IMG/VR virus record: IMGVR_UViG_3300026457_000001
Length of the DNA: 64,000 nt
Source of the DNA: an uncultured virus (IMG/VR IMGVR_UViG_3300026457_000001)
Taxonomy: Duplodnaviria > Heunggongvirae > Uroviricota > Caudoviricetes
Reading direction: 5' to 3' (one strand)
The notes under the pieces were generated by a model. The model searched no databases. It worked only from the letters and a program-made list of their open reading frames with translations, and had not been told where the DNA came from. A program made the position numbers and the translations under genes. Below are positions 17,423-27,668 of this stretch, one piece after another (position 1 is the stretch's first letter; each line of letters opens with the position of its first letter).

Positions 17423-17590
17423 CCTTGTTCCCTAATGGGGTTTCAAACCACTTGCGTCGGATCTCTTCTTTACGCTGTTCGATCTGTTCACGGCGCTTTT
17501 GGCTGATGCCTTTGGTGAGTTCAGAGAAGGAGTGGGTCATTAGTTCAGGTTGTTACATCTGCTCACTGGTGGGGCACACTATTTGTTCCA

Positions 17591-17968
17591 CTACTGAGGC
17601 AACTGTTCTGAAAGAATCCAGCTCAAAGAGTCTTCGTTCCATTGATAAAGTTGGCCATCTGTTGGATATGGCTCTGGCGCCTCCCATCTGCAGGATCCTT
17701 CGTTAAGCAACCATGACGGATAAGGCTTTGGCGGGATAAAAGCGTTGCGATGCGGATCAAATGTAAAGCTAATGCCGGCAAAGTTCTTGTACTTATTACC
17801 GTTGTAACTGGTCTGAATCCATTTAGTATGGGCGCCATAAAGCTGTTGACAAAACTGTTCGCCCAGCCAGTCACACTCAATGCCCTGCTCGTTGAGCAAA
17901 ATTGAATTGTCAACAACAATGACTTGTTGCACAACCCAGTTAGTGTCTATTTGTGCGAAGTGTGCCAT
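17591..17968 (-). CDS. Tail-associated hypothetical protein
   Basis: MAHFAQI..WIQTSYN..KNFAGI..FIPPKPYPSW; coupled to the Gly-rich gene. Confidence 0.75.
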   Translation of the reverse strand: MAHFAQIDTNWVVQQVIVVDNSILLNEQGIECDWLGEQFCQQLYGAHTKWIQTSYNGNKYKNFAGISFTFDPHRNAFIPPKPYPSWLLNEGSCRWEAPEPYPTDGQLYQWNEDSLSWILSEQLPQ

Positions 17969-18849
17969 TAGAAAGTAATGCTCCCGGAGCTAGTAAATTT
18001 GTAAATGCGGTAACCCCCCGATGTTGTAACCGTTGGGCTTCCTGTAGTTGCGGCGGCAGCAGGATAAGTATCAAGATAGCGGATGACCACTATTCCCGAC
18101 CCGCCGTTGCCTCCTAAATAATAAGGAGGTGGTGAAACATTTGCGCCACTGCCGCCACCGCCGCCTCCTGTATTCACGCTACCTGAAGTTCCGTTTGCTA
18201 GATACGCGCCTCCAGCGCCGCCGCCACCAGAGCCACCAGCACCAGCTACAGCACCATTCGCAGTACCACCGCCACCGCCACCTCCTGCATAGGTAACTGA
18301 TAAACCAGTAATTGATGATGCTGTTCCATCTCCGCCCTTGCCTGATTGATTCGTTGACCCATTTGATCCCGCTGCGCTAGCTCCACCGCCGCCGCCAGCG
18401 GGGTAGCCCTGGCCAGTGCTTATATTGTTGCCACCCTTATTGCCTTGCCCAGTGGTTCCGTTGGCACCAGTTACCGAAGATAGGGTGTCTCCGTAAGCTC
18501 CACCACCAGATCCGCCAGTGGTTGGTGCTGAATTACCTACTTTGCTACCACCGCCACCTCCTCCGGTTGCAGTAATTGATGAGAATACTGAATTGTTGCC
18601 AGTTCCTCCAGGCCCAGGAGTTGCGCTTCCTTCTGCACCCGTTCCTCCAGCTCCAACTGTGACCGTATAGGAAATTCCAGGTGAAACCGAAAAACTGGAT
18701 GCCGTTAAAAAGCCTCCTGCTCCGCCGCCACCACCACCACCCGCGCCGCCACCGCCGCCGCCAGCAACTACTAAGTATTCAACTGTGGGAGTGACATTTA
18801 CGACGGCGGCAGCCAAAAGCAGCGGATTTGCACTTCCTGGAATAGTCAT
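17968..18849 (-). CDS. Glycine-rich domain tail/receptor-binding protein
   Basis: VEYLVVAGGGGGG..GGSGIVVIRY..IYKFTSSGSITF. Confidence 0.75.
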   Translation of the reverse strand: MTIPGSANPLLLAAAVVNVTPTVEYLVVAGGGGGGAGGGGGGGAGGFLTASSFSVSPGISYTVTVGAGGTGAEGSATPGPGGTGNNSVFSSITATGGGGGGSKVGNSAPTTGGSGGGAYGDTLSSVTGANGTTGQGNKGGNNISTGQGYPAGGGGGASAAGSNGSTNQSGKGGDGTASSITGLSVTYAGGGGGGGTANGAVAGAGGSGGGGAGGAYLANGTSGSVNTGGGGGGSGANVSPPPYYLGGNGGSGIVVIRYLDTYPAAAATTGSPTVTTSGGYRIYKFTSSGSITF

Positions 18850-18971
18850 GCTGCCACCTCCTGGCCATCGTAGGCACTGTCACTTGAATTGAATCGAAGG
18901 CTTCTGCTAATGGAATATCCTCCGGCTGCAGCAGTAGCAAGCAGGAGAGGATTAGCGCTTCCGGGAATCAT
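18846..18971 (-). pseudogene. 41-aa truncated tail-protein stub (not in ORF track)
   Basis: MIPGSANPLLLATAAAGGYSISRSLRFNSSDSAYDGQEVAA; shares the IPGSANPLLLA leader with the next gene. Confidence 0.6.
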
Positions 18972-18975
18972 TAGC

Positions 18976-20679
18976 TCAGCTCAGGTTGGTGATCAGTTGG
19001 GCAGTGATCTTGGTGCTGCTCTGCACGGCATACACCAAGCAGTCCACGGCGTTAGCCGTTGTGGTTAATGTCGGCGCGGTACCGCCGGTGAAGTCCCAGT
19101 AGCTGCCGTATGCCAGCGTGCGGGAGCCGGTGCCGTCCTGCGTGATCCAGATGCAGCCGGACTGCCCAGCCACCAAGTTGGTGGGGTTGGCGAGGGTGCG
19201 GTTACCGCCAAGAGTCACGCTGTAGTTGTTGCTGTCGCTGAAATCTGGCGTGATCGTAGCCCCATCAGTAAGAGCTGTAATCTCGCCGCGTTGACCTTTG
19301 GTCCAAGTCTGCGCGGTATCTAGTCCTGCACCAGAGGCAGGTGTTGTCCAGCTCAGTGTTCCAGCGCCGTCGGTGCTTAGGACTTGGGATGCGGTGCCGT
19401 CAGCACTGGGCAGTGTCCAAGTGACGTTGCTTGCAACTGTGGAGGGTGCTTGGAAAGCAACCCAGTTGCCGCCATGTCCGGTGGCTTCCCCGAAACGCAG
19501 ATCTGACTGGTTATCCAGCAGTAGATCGCCTGTAAGCGTTCCACCGGCTTTGGGGAGCGCTGCGTTGGCCAGGTCGTATGCGGACTTGACGCTGTTGGGA
19601 GTAGCAGCAGTTGTAGTGCTAGTGCTGCTGGTGCTATCCGTTAGTTGTACGACGCCGGCAACAGAAGTAGAAGCGGCGGTGCCGGCTACGGAGATCGAAC
19701 CGCTGCCGTTCGTGATTGTGATGCCGGTACCGGCACTCAGTGTTGCTTTGGTAAGGGTGTTGCCGGTGCTATTGCCGATCAGCAGTTGACCGTCGGTATA
19801 GGTGGTTTGCCCGGTGCCGCCGTCTGCAACACCAAGTGTTCCAGTGATGCTGCTGGCGCCAAGGTCAACAGCCAGTGCATTGGTCTCGGTAACAAGACCG
19901 CCATTCGCCTTAAGACTCAGCGAAATATCAGGGGCTGTGCCACCCGAACTTGCGATTGGAGCAGTGCCGGTGACGCCGGTGACTGTTCCACCAGATCCAG
20001 CGGCTGAAATGGTGATTGAGCCGTTGCCGTTGGTGATCGTGACGCCGGTTCCAGCGGTCAGGGTCGCTTTCGTCAGCGTGTTACCTGTGCTGTTACCAAT
20101 CAGCAGCTGACCGTCGGTGTAGCTGGTTTGACCAGTTCCGCCCTTGTTGACGGCAATGGTCGAAGCACTCCAGGTGCCTGTGGTGACGGTGCCGAGGCTG
20201 GTGAGGCTGGAGCCTGTAACGCCGCTGCCGAGTGTTGTGCTACTTAAGACCTGGCTGCCGTTGATGTAGTAGCTCTTGCCGCTGGCGAGGTCAATGTGCT
20301 CGCTGCTTGTCCAAGAGTCGGTCGAATTGGACCAAACCAGAAGCTTGGGCAGTGTGCCAAGCAGTATTACGCCGCCACCGTCAGCAGTTACATCGGTGGG
20401 AGTAGCGACTGCGCCAAGCTCGATATTTTTGTCTTCGACGACAAGCGTGGTGCTTTCAATCGTTGTGCTGGTGCCATTGACCGTGAGGTCGCCGTTGATA
20501 ACAACGTCATCGCCAAAGGTGACTGGACCGGCGTTCAGTCGGGCGCCAGCCTTTACGAGGTCGGCGGCGGTGATCTTTTTGGTCTCAGTTGCCGAAATAT
20601 CCGCAACAGCCAAAACGTCGGCGGATACAACGTCCGCTTCCGCTATGGCTGCCAGCTGACTGATCTTGAGATTGGCCAT
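18976..20679 (-). CDS. Tail fibre protein (unit A)
   Basis: Thr/Gly-rich, internal duplication GGTGQT.YTDGQLLIGNSTGNTLTKATL.AGTG.TITNG.GSI. Confidence 0.85.
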   Translation of the reverse strand: MANLKISQLAAIAEADVVSADVLAVADISATETKKITAADLVKAGARLNAGPVTFGDDVVINGDLTVNGTSTTIESTTLVVEDKNIELGAVATPTDVTADGGGVILLGTLPKLLVWSNSTDSWTSSEHIDLASGKSYYINGSQVLSSTTLGSGVTGSSLTSLGTVTTGTWSASTIAVNKGGTGQTSYTDGQLLIGNSTGNTLTKATLTAGTGVTITNGNGSITISAAGSGGTVTGVTGTAPIASSGGTAPDISLSLKANGGLVTETNALAVDLGASSITGTLGVADGGTGQTTYTDGQLLIGNSTGNTLTKATLSAGTGITITNGSGSISVAGTAASTSVAGVVQLTDSTSSTSTTTAATPNSVKSAYDLANAALPKAGGTLTGDLLLDNQSDLRFGEATGHGGNWVAFQAPSTVASNVTWTLPSADGTASQVLSTDGAGTLSWTTPASGAGLDTAQTWTKGQRGEITALTDGATITPDFSDSNNYSVTLGGNRTLANPTNLVAGQSGCIWITQDGTGSRTLAYGSYWDFTGGTAPTLTTTANAVDCLVYAVQSSTKITAQLITNLS

Positions 20680-20702
20680 AGCAAAGCCTCCGTGTGTACA
20701 GT

Positions 20703-21566
20703 TTAAGCCGCTTCAAGCTCCAAGCTGCCTGAGCTTTGCTCCAGCAGGATTTCGTCTTCTGACTCTTGCAGAAGTAGCGCGTCTGCTACGTCGCCGTAAC
20801 GGATTGCGATCAGTCCGGTCGTTGCAAAATCAATCGTGGACCGAACGGGCTCTGAAGGCTCAAAGGACATCGCCACATTTGTGACGACAGCGTTAATTAA
20901 GTAGTACAGCGATTCCGTGGGGTTGCCGCTGACGCCTCCAACTGGGGCGCTATCTGCAGTTTTTAGTACCAGGGCTGCTTTGAAGGTGCTGCCTAGTTGT
21001 TGACGCAGGATTAGCTGGTGGAAGTACATCGAATTTTCGACGTCTCCCGCACCAGCGCTGTAATCCCATAGGCACTCAATGCTGCCACTACCGCTGATTA
21101 GCGTTCCTATTTGTGCGGAGTAAGCGTCACCTAGCGCTGTGACGTCTACGGAATTTCTGCTGGTGCTAAGTGTGTACGAGAGAATTTGGCCTAGGTCGCG
21201 GTAGCCATCACCTAGAAGTTCAAATGTTGCTGTATAGGGGCTTGCTGGATCGGCCAGTACAAATGCTTCGTTGGGGTCATTATTGATGGACTTTTTCCAA
21301 GTGTCGTAGAGGCGAATTCCGCCCAAGGTGTCTACGTTGACGTAGGCACTTACAGAGTTTTGTGTGTAGCCGTTAATGAAGTCAAGCGGACTTGCGCTGG
21401 TAATTGATACTCGGTCGCCAGTTGTAAATACGTTCGAGCCGAAGTCAAGTTCCAGTCGCCCAGCTGAGACGTTTACTGCATTGTCGTCGATTACTGAATT
21501 GAAGGAACGCCCGGATAGTCGGCGTAGTTTTATTAGGCCGCCATTGCCGAGATAGATGCCAGACAT
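20703..21566 (-). CDS. Minor tail protein (tail-tube-like)
   Basis: Homologous to 59480-60376; DVTALGD..ISGSG motif. Confidence 0.7.
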   Translation of the reverse strand: MSGIYLGNGGLIKLRRLSGRSFNSVIDDNAVNVSAGRLELDFGSNVFTTGDRVSITSASPLDFINGYTQNSVSAYVNVDTLGGIRLYDTWKKSINNDPNEAFVLADPASPYTATFELLGDGYRDLGQILSYTLSTSRNSVDVTALGDAYSAQIGTLISGSGSIECLWDYSAGAGDVENSMYFHQLILRQQLGSTFKAALVLKTADSAPVGGVSGNPTESLYYLINAVVTNVAMSFEPSEPVRSTIDFATTGLIAIRYGDVADALLLQESEDEILLEQSSGSLELEAA

Positions 21567-21994
21567 CAGGAGGCCCCCATCGTGGCTTCGGTCAGCAGCC
21601 CTGTCACAACGAAGTCTACGGAAACCTCCACAACTTCACCGCTACTGGCGCTAATCGAGGCAGAGTTGATCAGCACATTGGCCTGGATGGCGCGAGCTGA
21701 GGTCAGCTGCAACTTCAAAACATGCGTCGTTGTGCTGGGCAGTGACGTTGTGCGGATCGTGTTAGCCAGCAGCGGTTGCATCGCCAATGCCCCAGCGCTG
21801 TTTTCGTAATACAGAACGGTGCAGCTGCCGCTCCAGCCTTGGCGGCCGAAAACGTAGGTGCGGGCGTAGTCGGCAGTTGTGGTGGTTTCGATAGTGTCGG
21901 CAGTTGCCGATAGGCTCCAGCTGCGCACTTTGGCGATTTGGGTGCCGCCAATTAGCAGCGCACCATCAATTCCGGTGAAGTAGCGGGTGCTCAT
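21566..21994 (-). CDS. Minor tail protein (tail-tube-like)
   Basis: Homologous to 60376-60801; VRSWSL..IETTT. Confidence 0.7.
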   Translation of the reverse strand: MSTRYFTGIDGALLIGGTQIAKVRSWSLSATADTIETTTTADYARTYVFGRQGWSGSCTVLYYENSAGALAMQPLLANTIRTTSLPSTTTHVLKLQLTSARAIQANVLINSASISASSGEVVEVSVDFVVTGLLTEATMGAS

Positions 21995-22377
21995 GGGCTA
22001 GGCGGGGCGACGACGCCAATAAGTTCCACGCTGACTGTTTGGTAGCCGGGGGAGTTGTAAGTGACTTGTGGTGGACCGGCGTAGCGCCATTCGTTGCCGG
22101 CGGAAATGATGTAGTCGTAGCCGTCCATGCCGCCATAAACAGCAGCCGGGACGGTGAACGATTCGAAGGTGGTATCGACGGTTTCGTAGTGATCGGTGAT
22201 TTGTTTGCCGACGGCTTCAGTGACGTTGGTGAATTCCAAGGTCAGGCGTTGTCCGACAGTGCGACTGCCGTGGCGGAAACGGATTTCACGGCCGCCCATG
22301 CTCATAAATGTGCTGATCGGCTTCGTTCCAGGTGTCCAGGAACGGGCTGCTGGTGTTAGCGCGGGGAAGGCGGTCAT
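21991..22377 (-). CDS. Minor tail protein (distal-tail-like)
   Basis: Homologous to 60801-61175. Confidence 0.65.
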   Translation of the reverse strand: MTAFPALTPAARSWTPGTKPISTFMSMGGREIRFRHGSRTVGQRLTLEFTNVTEAVGKQITDHYETVDTTFESFTVPAAVYGGMDGYDYIISAGNEWRYAGPPQVTYNSPGYQTVSVELIGVVAPPSP

Positions 22378-24356
22378 ACGACGGTAAAGCTGCCGCTAAC
22401 AATGTCCGTTGCTATCACACTAGCGCCGCTACTCAGCGGGAAGTGTTCGGCTGTAATGGATGCTGTGCCGTCCATCCGCCGAGTCAACGTGTCGATCAAA
22501 TAGTGGTTGGTCTCAGTGCGGCTGGTGCCGTCGCTGGTGACACGATCCAATTCAATCGCAATCAGATCGCCGGGCTTGAGTCCCAGTGTGGTGAAAATGT
22601 CGGTTGAGAATGAGACGTTATGCGTGGTGCGTTTGCGCTTCGCTAAGAAATACTTTGCGGCGAGTGCTGCATGGGCGCTAGTTACACAGAAATCGCTCAT
22701 GTCGTACTGCTCTTGAGGCAAAACTCCGGTATCAGCGGCGTAGCGAACTTTGAGGCTTGTTGTAAAAGGTTGATCGAAACCTGCGCCAGTTGTGTCCGCT
22801 TGGTCGCGCCACAGCATCACCGCTTCAAACGGTTTGCGCTCGGAAAGCGGGATGTAGTCAACGGCGTAAGTACCTTCAACAATTGTCTCTTCGTCAAATG
22901 TATAAGCCGGAGTTAGTACGCCAGTGTTGATAGCGTGGGCTCCGGTTACGGGCAGTGCCGGGCGAAGACCAATGCGAGATTCAAGGTTTAAGGGAACGAG
23001 CAAGAAAAATCCTGCTGTTGACTCGATCCACTCTTTGTAGTTGACGGCATCAACGAGGGCGCCGTTAAAAAACAGGTTGTTTGTGTTGGTAAAGTTTGCC
23101 GCTGCGGTTAGCGACGTCGTATCCATTGAGATTGTTTCTGTGTACTGAAGCCCTAGATGGTTTACGAGATCTGCGTAATTGTTACTTGGGCCAGTCGTTG
23201 CTGTAATTAAGTTGTAGACGTTGATCCCGTTAGAGCAGAATACAGAGGCTTGGGTATTGTGGAAATTATTGACTTGATCGACAAGATCATCTGTTACTGA
23301 TGCGTTTACAGGATCGGTTTTGTCAATCATTTCATGGGCCCCCTTCAAGCCCAAAACTGTCATGCCGCTAAAGTCGCCTGTTGTTGTTTCTCGGTAGACA
23401 AGCGAAAGGTTTAGGGGGTCAGGGATAATAAAGGGCTTGCGTATTGTTTCGTTTACACGAAAGACTTGTTGATCAATAACATTAAAGTTATCGTACGTTG
23501 TGTTAGGAAGAAAGTTATCAGTGTACTCTAAGGGGACGTACTCTGGGTTGGTAAGCGTAACTTTAAGTGTAGTTAAAAGTACGCTAGTGCTACGAAGGCG
23601 AGTTGCACCGATGGAGCTACTTCCTGAACTTAACACGCCAGTATCATCGGAGAACTCGTAATCCCACGTAACAGTAGATATGCTTCCTTGTGTGCGTATT
23701 GTAGTCCCAGTAAATGAGTTGTTGTTGTTGTACTGAACAGTAAATTCATTGCCCCCGAAAATTGTTGTGAACCAAGAAAGCCTCGTGCAAAAAGGAGAGC
23801 TTGATGAGATTGTTACTGTACCTGTGCCTGTTTCAGTAATCGGCGCGCTTACGTTGTGGTAATAAGCGTTACCTCCAGCTGCTACAGGCGTTGTGTAGTA
23901 TGTATTTGTTTCTAGATCGTAATACTGAGTAAGGTTATACGTGTATACATTATTAGTTGTAGGAAGCGATCCGTATGTAACTTCTTGAAAGCGGTTCGTA
24001 ATAAAATCGCCTAAACCCGGATAACCGCCCCAGGGGTAATAGCCAATAAGAATATCGGTATCAAAGTCCGCAACTGGCGCTGTAATTTGACCATCGCTCA
24101 GTAGAAAAGCGTGACTAAATATGGCGTTTTCGTTTAAGTTTTGTAGTCCGGTGCGTACCAGTGGTGGGGTGATCCAGGCGCCTCCTACACCGCTGACACG
24201 TTTGCAGAAAACAATGGGGATAGTTTGCCCTACTTCCGCTGGCTTAAGCGGAGTGGATAGTTCCAGTGTTGGGCGGCGGACAAGGTTGCCCTGTTCGTCC
24301 TTGCGGAGGGCAAGGGTGTTGGCGTTAGTCGCCGCTTGGCGGTAGATACGTGGCAT
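22374..24356 (-). CDS. Tail tip/central hub protein
   Basis: IPIVFCKR..GGAWITPPLV; C-terminal half homologous to 61175 gene. Confidence 0.7.
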   Translation of the reverse strand: MPRIYRQAATNANTLALRKDEQGNLVRRPTLELSTPLKPAEVGQTIPIVFCKRVSGVGGAWITPPLVRTGLQNLNENAIFSHAFLLSDGQITAPVADFDTDILIGYYPWGGYPGLGDFITNRFQEVTYGSLPTTNNVYTYNLTQYYDLETNTYYTTPVAAGGNAYYHNVSAPITETGTGTVTISSSSPFCTRLSWFTTIFGGNEFTVQYNNNNSFTGTTIRTQGSISTVTWDYEFSDDTGVLSSGSSSIGATRLRSTSVLLTTLKVTLTNPEYVPLEYTDNFLPNTTYDNFNVIDQQVFRVNETIRKPFIIPDPLNLSLVYRETTTGDFSGMTVLGLKGAHEMIDKTDPVNASVTDDLVDQVNNFHNTQASVFCSNGINVYNLITATTGPSNNYADLVNHLGLQYTETISMDTTSLTAAANFTNTNNLFFNGALVDAVNYKEWIESTAGFFLLVPLNLESRIGLRPALPVTGAHAINTGVLTPAYTFDEETIVEGTYAVDYIPLSERKPFEAVMLWRDQADTTGAGFDQPFTTSLKVRYAADTGVLPQEQYDMSDFCVTSAHAALAAKYFLAKRKRTTHNVSFSTDIFTTLGLKPGDLIAIELDRVTSDGTSRTETNHYLIDTLTRRMDGTASITAEHFPLSSGASVIATDIVSGSFTVV

Positions 24357-24799
24357 TAGTCGAAGGCCACCATGTCGTAAGTAACTTTGCGGCGTGGGAT
24401 CTGGGCTTCGGTGGTGTCGATGCCGTCCGAGATCACAATACTGACACCAGAAAAATCGCTAGATCCCGTTTCGGCAATACCCACAACAGTGGTAAAGATG
24501 GACGGCAAAATTTCAGCTGCAGTAAAGACCAGCGAAAATTTGTACCTGTAGGTGACAACAGCGGCTGTCAGCAGGTCGACGAACGTGGGTGTTCCAGGGA
24601 AGGTGAGGGTTACGGATAGTTTGCCGGCAGAGCGTTGCTGCACCATGTCGGAAACGTCAAATGGTGCGTAGCTGTAGCTGTTTCCGGTGTAGGTAACGTT
24701 TTGGTCGACGGCGAAGTTTTGGTAGCGGGCTACAAGAACAGGGCTGCCAGAAGTGATGTTGTCGATCTGGAGGTAGAACTGGGGTGTGTAGGTCGTCAT
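24356..24799 (-). CDS. Minor tail protein
   Basis: Directly follows tape measure; YQNF..AQIPRRK. Confidence 0.65.
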   Translation of the reverse strand: MTTYTPQFYLQIDNITSGSPVLVARYQNFAVDQNVTYTGNSYSYAPFDVSDMVQQRSAGKLSVTLTFPGTPTFVDLLTAAVVTYRYKFSLVFTAAEILPSIFTTVVGIAETGSSDFSGVSIVISDGIDTTEAQIPRRKVTYDMVAFD

Positions 24800-27639
24800 C
24801 GCGTCACACCAGTGCTACGGCGGGAAGCTGGGTTGTTCTGCAGCATGTCCAGAGCCATCTTCGCACCCTGTCTAGCGGCTGTGCCAGTGGCTGACACGAG
24901 ATCACGCTGGGTGACGTAGTTGGTGCCGTCCATTTGCATAACCGGGCCGGTGGTGATGTTGACTTGAGGGCTGACGCCTGCACCAGCAGCGGTTGATGAA
25001 GTGCTTTGCCCAAAAGACCGCATAGCAGACTGCCGTTCCGTACTTCCCCCTGTAAATTCTTCTCGTGCAGAAGCAAAACGCTCTTGGGCTTTACGCTGGT
25101 TGTAACCTTCTGCAAGTGCTAAATAGTCGTTGACGATTGCGTTATAGGCATTGGTAAAGGAGGCAGGGGTGAATTCGCGACTACGCTTGTTTAGTTCTTG
25201 TGTCGCCTCGTAAAAGTTTTTCATAAACCAAGCGTTTTGTCCTGCTTCACCGAAATCCACTCCTCCAACACTAGCTCCACCCCCGACTGATGCGGAGGCT
25301 ACGCGGTCCATGGCTCCAGCGACTGCGCCAGCAGCGGCGGCAGTACCTTCCATATTTGCTTTGAGGTTTGCTGCGTTTACAGCTGCGTTATACGTTGCGT
25401 CAGCAGCACGCCATTGCTCATTAGCAACCTGAATTGATGTGGCGTAATTATCTTGTGCAATATTCAATGCAGACCTTTGCGCAGCAAGCGCTTCTATATG
25501 ATTTTTGGTAAGTACTTTTTGTGCGGCCGCTAATTGCACTACGGCTTGAAGTTCTTTGTATTTGACTTCGGCCACATCCATGGCGATGCGCTGACGTTCT
25601 ACTTCCGCAGTGATTTGAGCGCGTGTTGCTAGTAGCGTAAATCCAGCATTTGCAACTTCAAGATTACGAATTTTGCTTAAAATGCGAACACGCTCGCCAT
25701 CTGTTTCTGCTGTCTTTAAGTTGTTTGTAAGACTTTGAATTTGGGCGTTGTTTATAGTTATTTGCGACTGGGCTATTGCGTCGACCTGTTTGACCGTATT
25801 GCTTAAATAGTTTGACGCCTCCTGCGCCGAACGATTAAACGCTTCGCTTTGGCGAGCTGCCTCCGCAGCAAAAGCCGCCACACGCTGTTCGCTTATCTCT
25901 TGCCTTGCGGCAGCATCAGCCTGCTCTCTCTTCGCGGCAGCCGCTTCACGTGTATTTTGTGCCACCTCATAGGCAACGCCAATCCCACGTTCGGCGATGG
26001 CAGCACCATTGATAATGGTTTCTAGTTCAAGTTTCTTGAGATTGTAGTTTTCGGCATTTACATCAAGAGCCTTTAAATCGGCTGCAGCCGCCTGGGCTTT
26101 TAGCTTTGCCTCTTCTGCGGCAATGTAAGCATTATCAATGTTTCTTTGCGCTTGAATGTTTGCGCTTTCTTCATCGAGTTTGTTCGCCTGCAGTTTGGCT
26201 TTTTGAATTTGATTGAGAACACCTAGCTCTTGCTCAAACGAAAGCGCATATTTTAATTGAGTCGAAAATCGTTGTTGATCTATTTGGTTTAAGCCAGACA
26301 ACAGATTGCGGCGTGAGTCGATAAGCTGATTATTTTGCTCATTGATTTGCTTTTGCTGGGCAAGCACTGCCAACTGCGCGCTTAGTTCAGCTTTTACGGC
26401 AGCTTGCTTTGCCTTTAAGTCAACCGCCTGTGGTGGTAATTTGCTAAATTCTTTTACGTTTTTAGCTGTTGCCTGCGCAGCGCCTTCCTGTTCTTTTTTG
26501 TATTCAACAACATGATTTGTTGTTAGACCAAGACTGTTAAGCAGCCTGCCAACTTGATCGGCAATAAACTTAAATACCGGATTATTCGATAACTCTTTGA
26601 ACTTGGTAATCACAAACGCAAGCACTTTTGAAAAGTTTCCAATAATCCCAACCGCCGCTTGGAAACCCTTAATAAGAACGTTCTGGATTACAGTGGTAAT
26701 CACACTAAAGTCAATACCTTCGACGGCACTAGCAATCGCCGCCCTTAGTGGCTCAATTGCTTTTACGACTTGCGGGAATAAAACATTCGCGACGTAATTC
26801 CATCTATCACTTAGTATTTCTCCCGCCTTCGCTAATAGCTGGGCTCCGGCAATAACGACCGGCCCTAACGCCTCTCCAAGCGAGTTAAAGAGCTGATCCG
26901 CAACTTGGCTTAATTCTGCAAAGGTTTTCTGCTGAGCATTTAGGTTGCTGCCAAGTTCGCCAGCACTGCTTGACGCTTGTTCAAGTGCCCTGTAAATAAC
27001 ATCCCCGGTTATTTTCCCTTCTGAGCCAAGCTGCTTGATCGACCCTGCGCCTACACCCATTTCCTTGGCAAGCAAAGTGCCAAGTTGAGGCATTCTTTCC
27101 AAGATGATTGCCAGTTCATCGCCATTCAAAACACCTTTGCCCATTGCCTGCGACAACTGCAGGAATGACCCAGCTGCATCTTCAGAAGAAACACCAGCCT
27201 GTTTGGCAACAACATTGAAGCCAGAATAAATATCGTTGACTTCTTTGAGTCCATACCCAAGACCGCTCAATCTGCCGTACGCATCAGCGAATGCCTCGGT
27301 CGCTTGAGTTTGCGTCAACCCAAACTGATCAGCCGCATTGGCGGCAAGTGCTGTAGCTGTTTCAAATTCCTTTGTGGAGCCGGTCAGATTTTTTAATCGC
27401 TGCTCAGCCGCTCCACGGGCAAACGCAGTCTCAAGACTTTTCCTTACTGTTTCGGCTGCCGTTGTAAACGCAATTAACGGACCAAGTGACGCCTGTAAAG
27501 CTGCGCCAAAGCCCTTAGCGCCCAATCCTGCAGCGTCAAAACCTTTCTGTGTACCCTTTGCGGCCGCGTCTACACGATTAAGCTGCTGAACCGCGTTCCC
27601 GGCATCAACGTTAATGGCAACGTTGGCAACGACAGACAC
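24796..27639 (-). CDS. Tape measure protein
   Basis: 947 aa, Ala-rich helical; LQLSQAMGKGVLNGDEL..ILERMP tape-measure motif. Confidence 0.9.
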   Translation of the reverse strand: MSVVANVAINVDAGNAVQQLNRVDAAAKGTQKGFDAAGLGAKGFGAALQASLGPLIAFTTAAETVRKSLETAFARGAAEQRLKNLTGSTKEFETATALAANAADQFGLTQTQATEAFADAYGRLSGLGYGLKEVNDIYSGFNVVAKQAGVSSEDAAGSFLQLSQAMGKGVLNGDELAIILERMPQLGTLLAKEMGVGAGSIKQLGSEGKITGDVIYRALEQASSSAGELGSNLNAQQKTFAELSQVADQLFNSLGEALGPVVIAGAQLLAKAGEILSDRWNYVANVLFPQVVKAIEPLRAAIASAVEGIDFSVITTVIQNVLIKGFQAAVGIIGNFSKVLAFVITKFKELSNNPVFKFIADQVGRLLNSLGLTTNHVVEYKKEQEGAAQATAKNVKEFSKLPPQAVDLKAKQAAVKAELSAQLAVLAQQKQINEQNNQLIDSRRNLLSGLNQIDQQRFSTQLKYALSFEQELGVLNQIQKAKLQANKLDEESANIQAQRNIDNAYIAAEEAKLKAQAAAADLKALDVNAENYNLKKLELETIINGAAIAERGIGVAYEVAQNTREAAAAKREQADAAARQEISEQRVAAFAAEAARQSEAFNRSAQEASNYLSNTVKQVDAIAQSQITINNAQIQSLTNNLKTAETDGERVRILSKIRNLEVANAGFTLLATRAQITAEVERQRIAMDVAEVKYKELQAVVQLAAAQKVLTKNHIEALAAQRSALNIAQDNYATSIQVANEQWRAADATYNAAVNAANLKANMEGTAAAAGAVAGAMDRVASASVGGGASVGGVDFGEAGQNAWFMKNFYEATQELNKRSREFTPASFTNAYNAIVNDYLALAEGYNQRKAQERFASAREEFTGGSTERQSAMRSFGQSTSSTAAGAGVSPQVNITTGPVMQMDGTNYVTQRDLVSATGTAARQGAKMALDMLQNNPASRRSTGVTR

Positions 27640-27668
27640 AGCAGCATCGTTCAGCTCTGATAATCAGT

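Noticed and set aside
19298..20706. Several plus-strand ORFs over the tail fibre gene
   Set aside because: Val/Pro/Ala-rich shadows of a Thr/Gly-rich sense gene
21341..21350. 10-bp match (cgtaggcact) to the stub site at about 18869
   Set aside because: Inside an intact tail gene, lacks the second arm, compatible with chance
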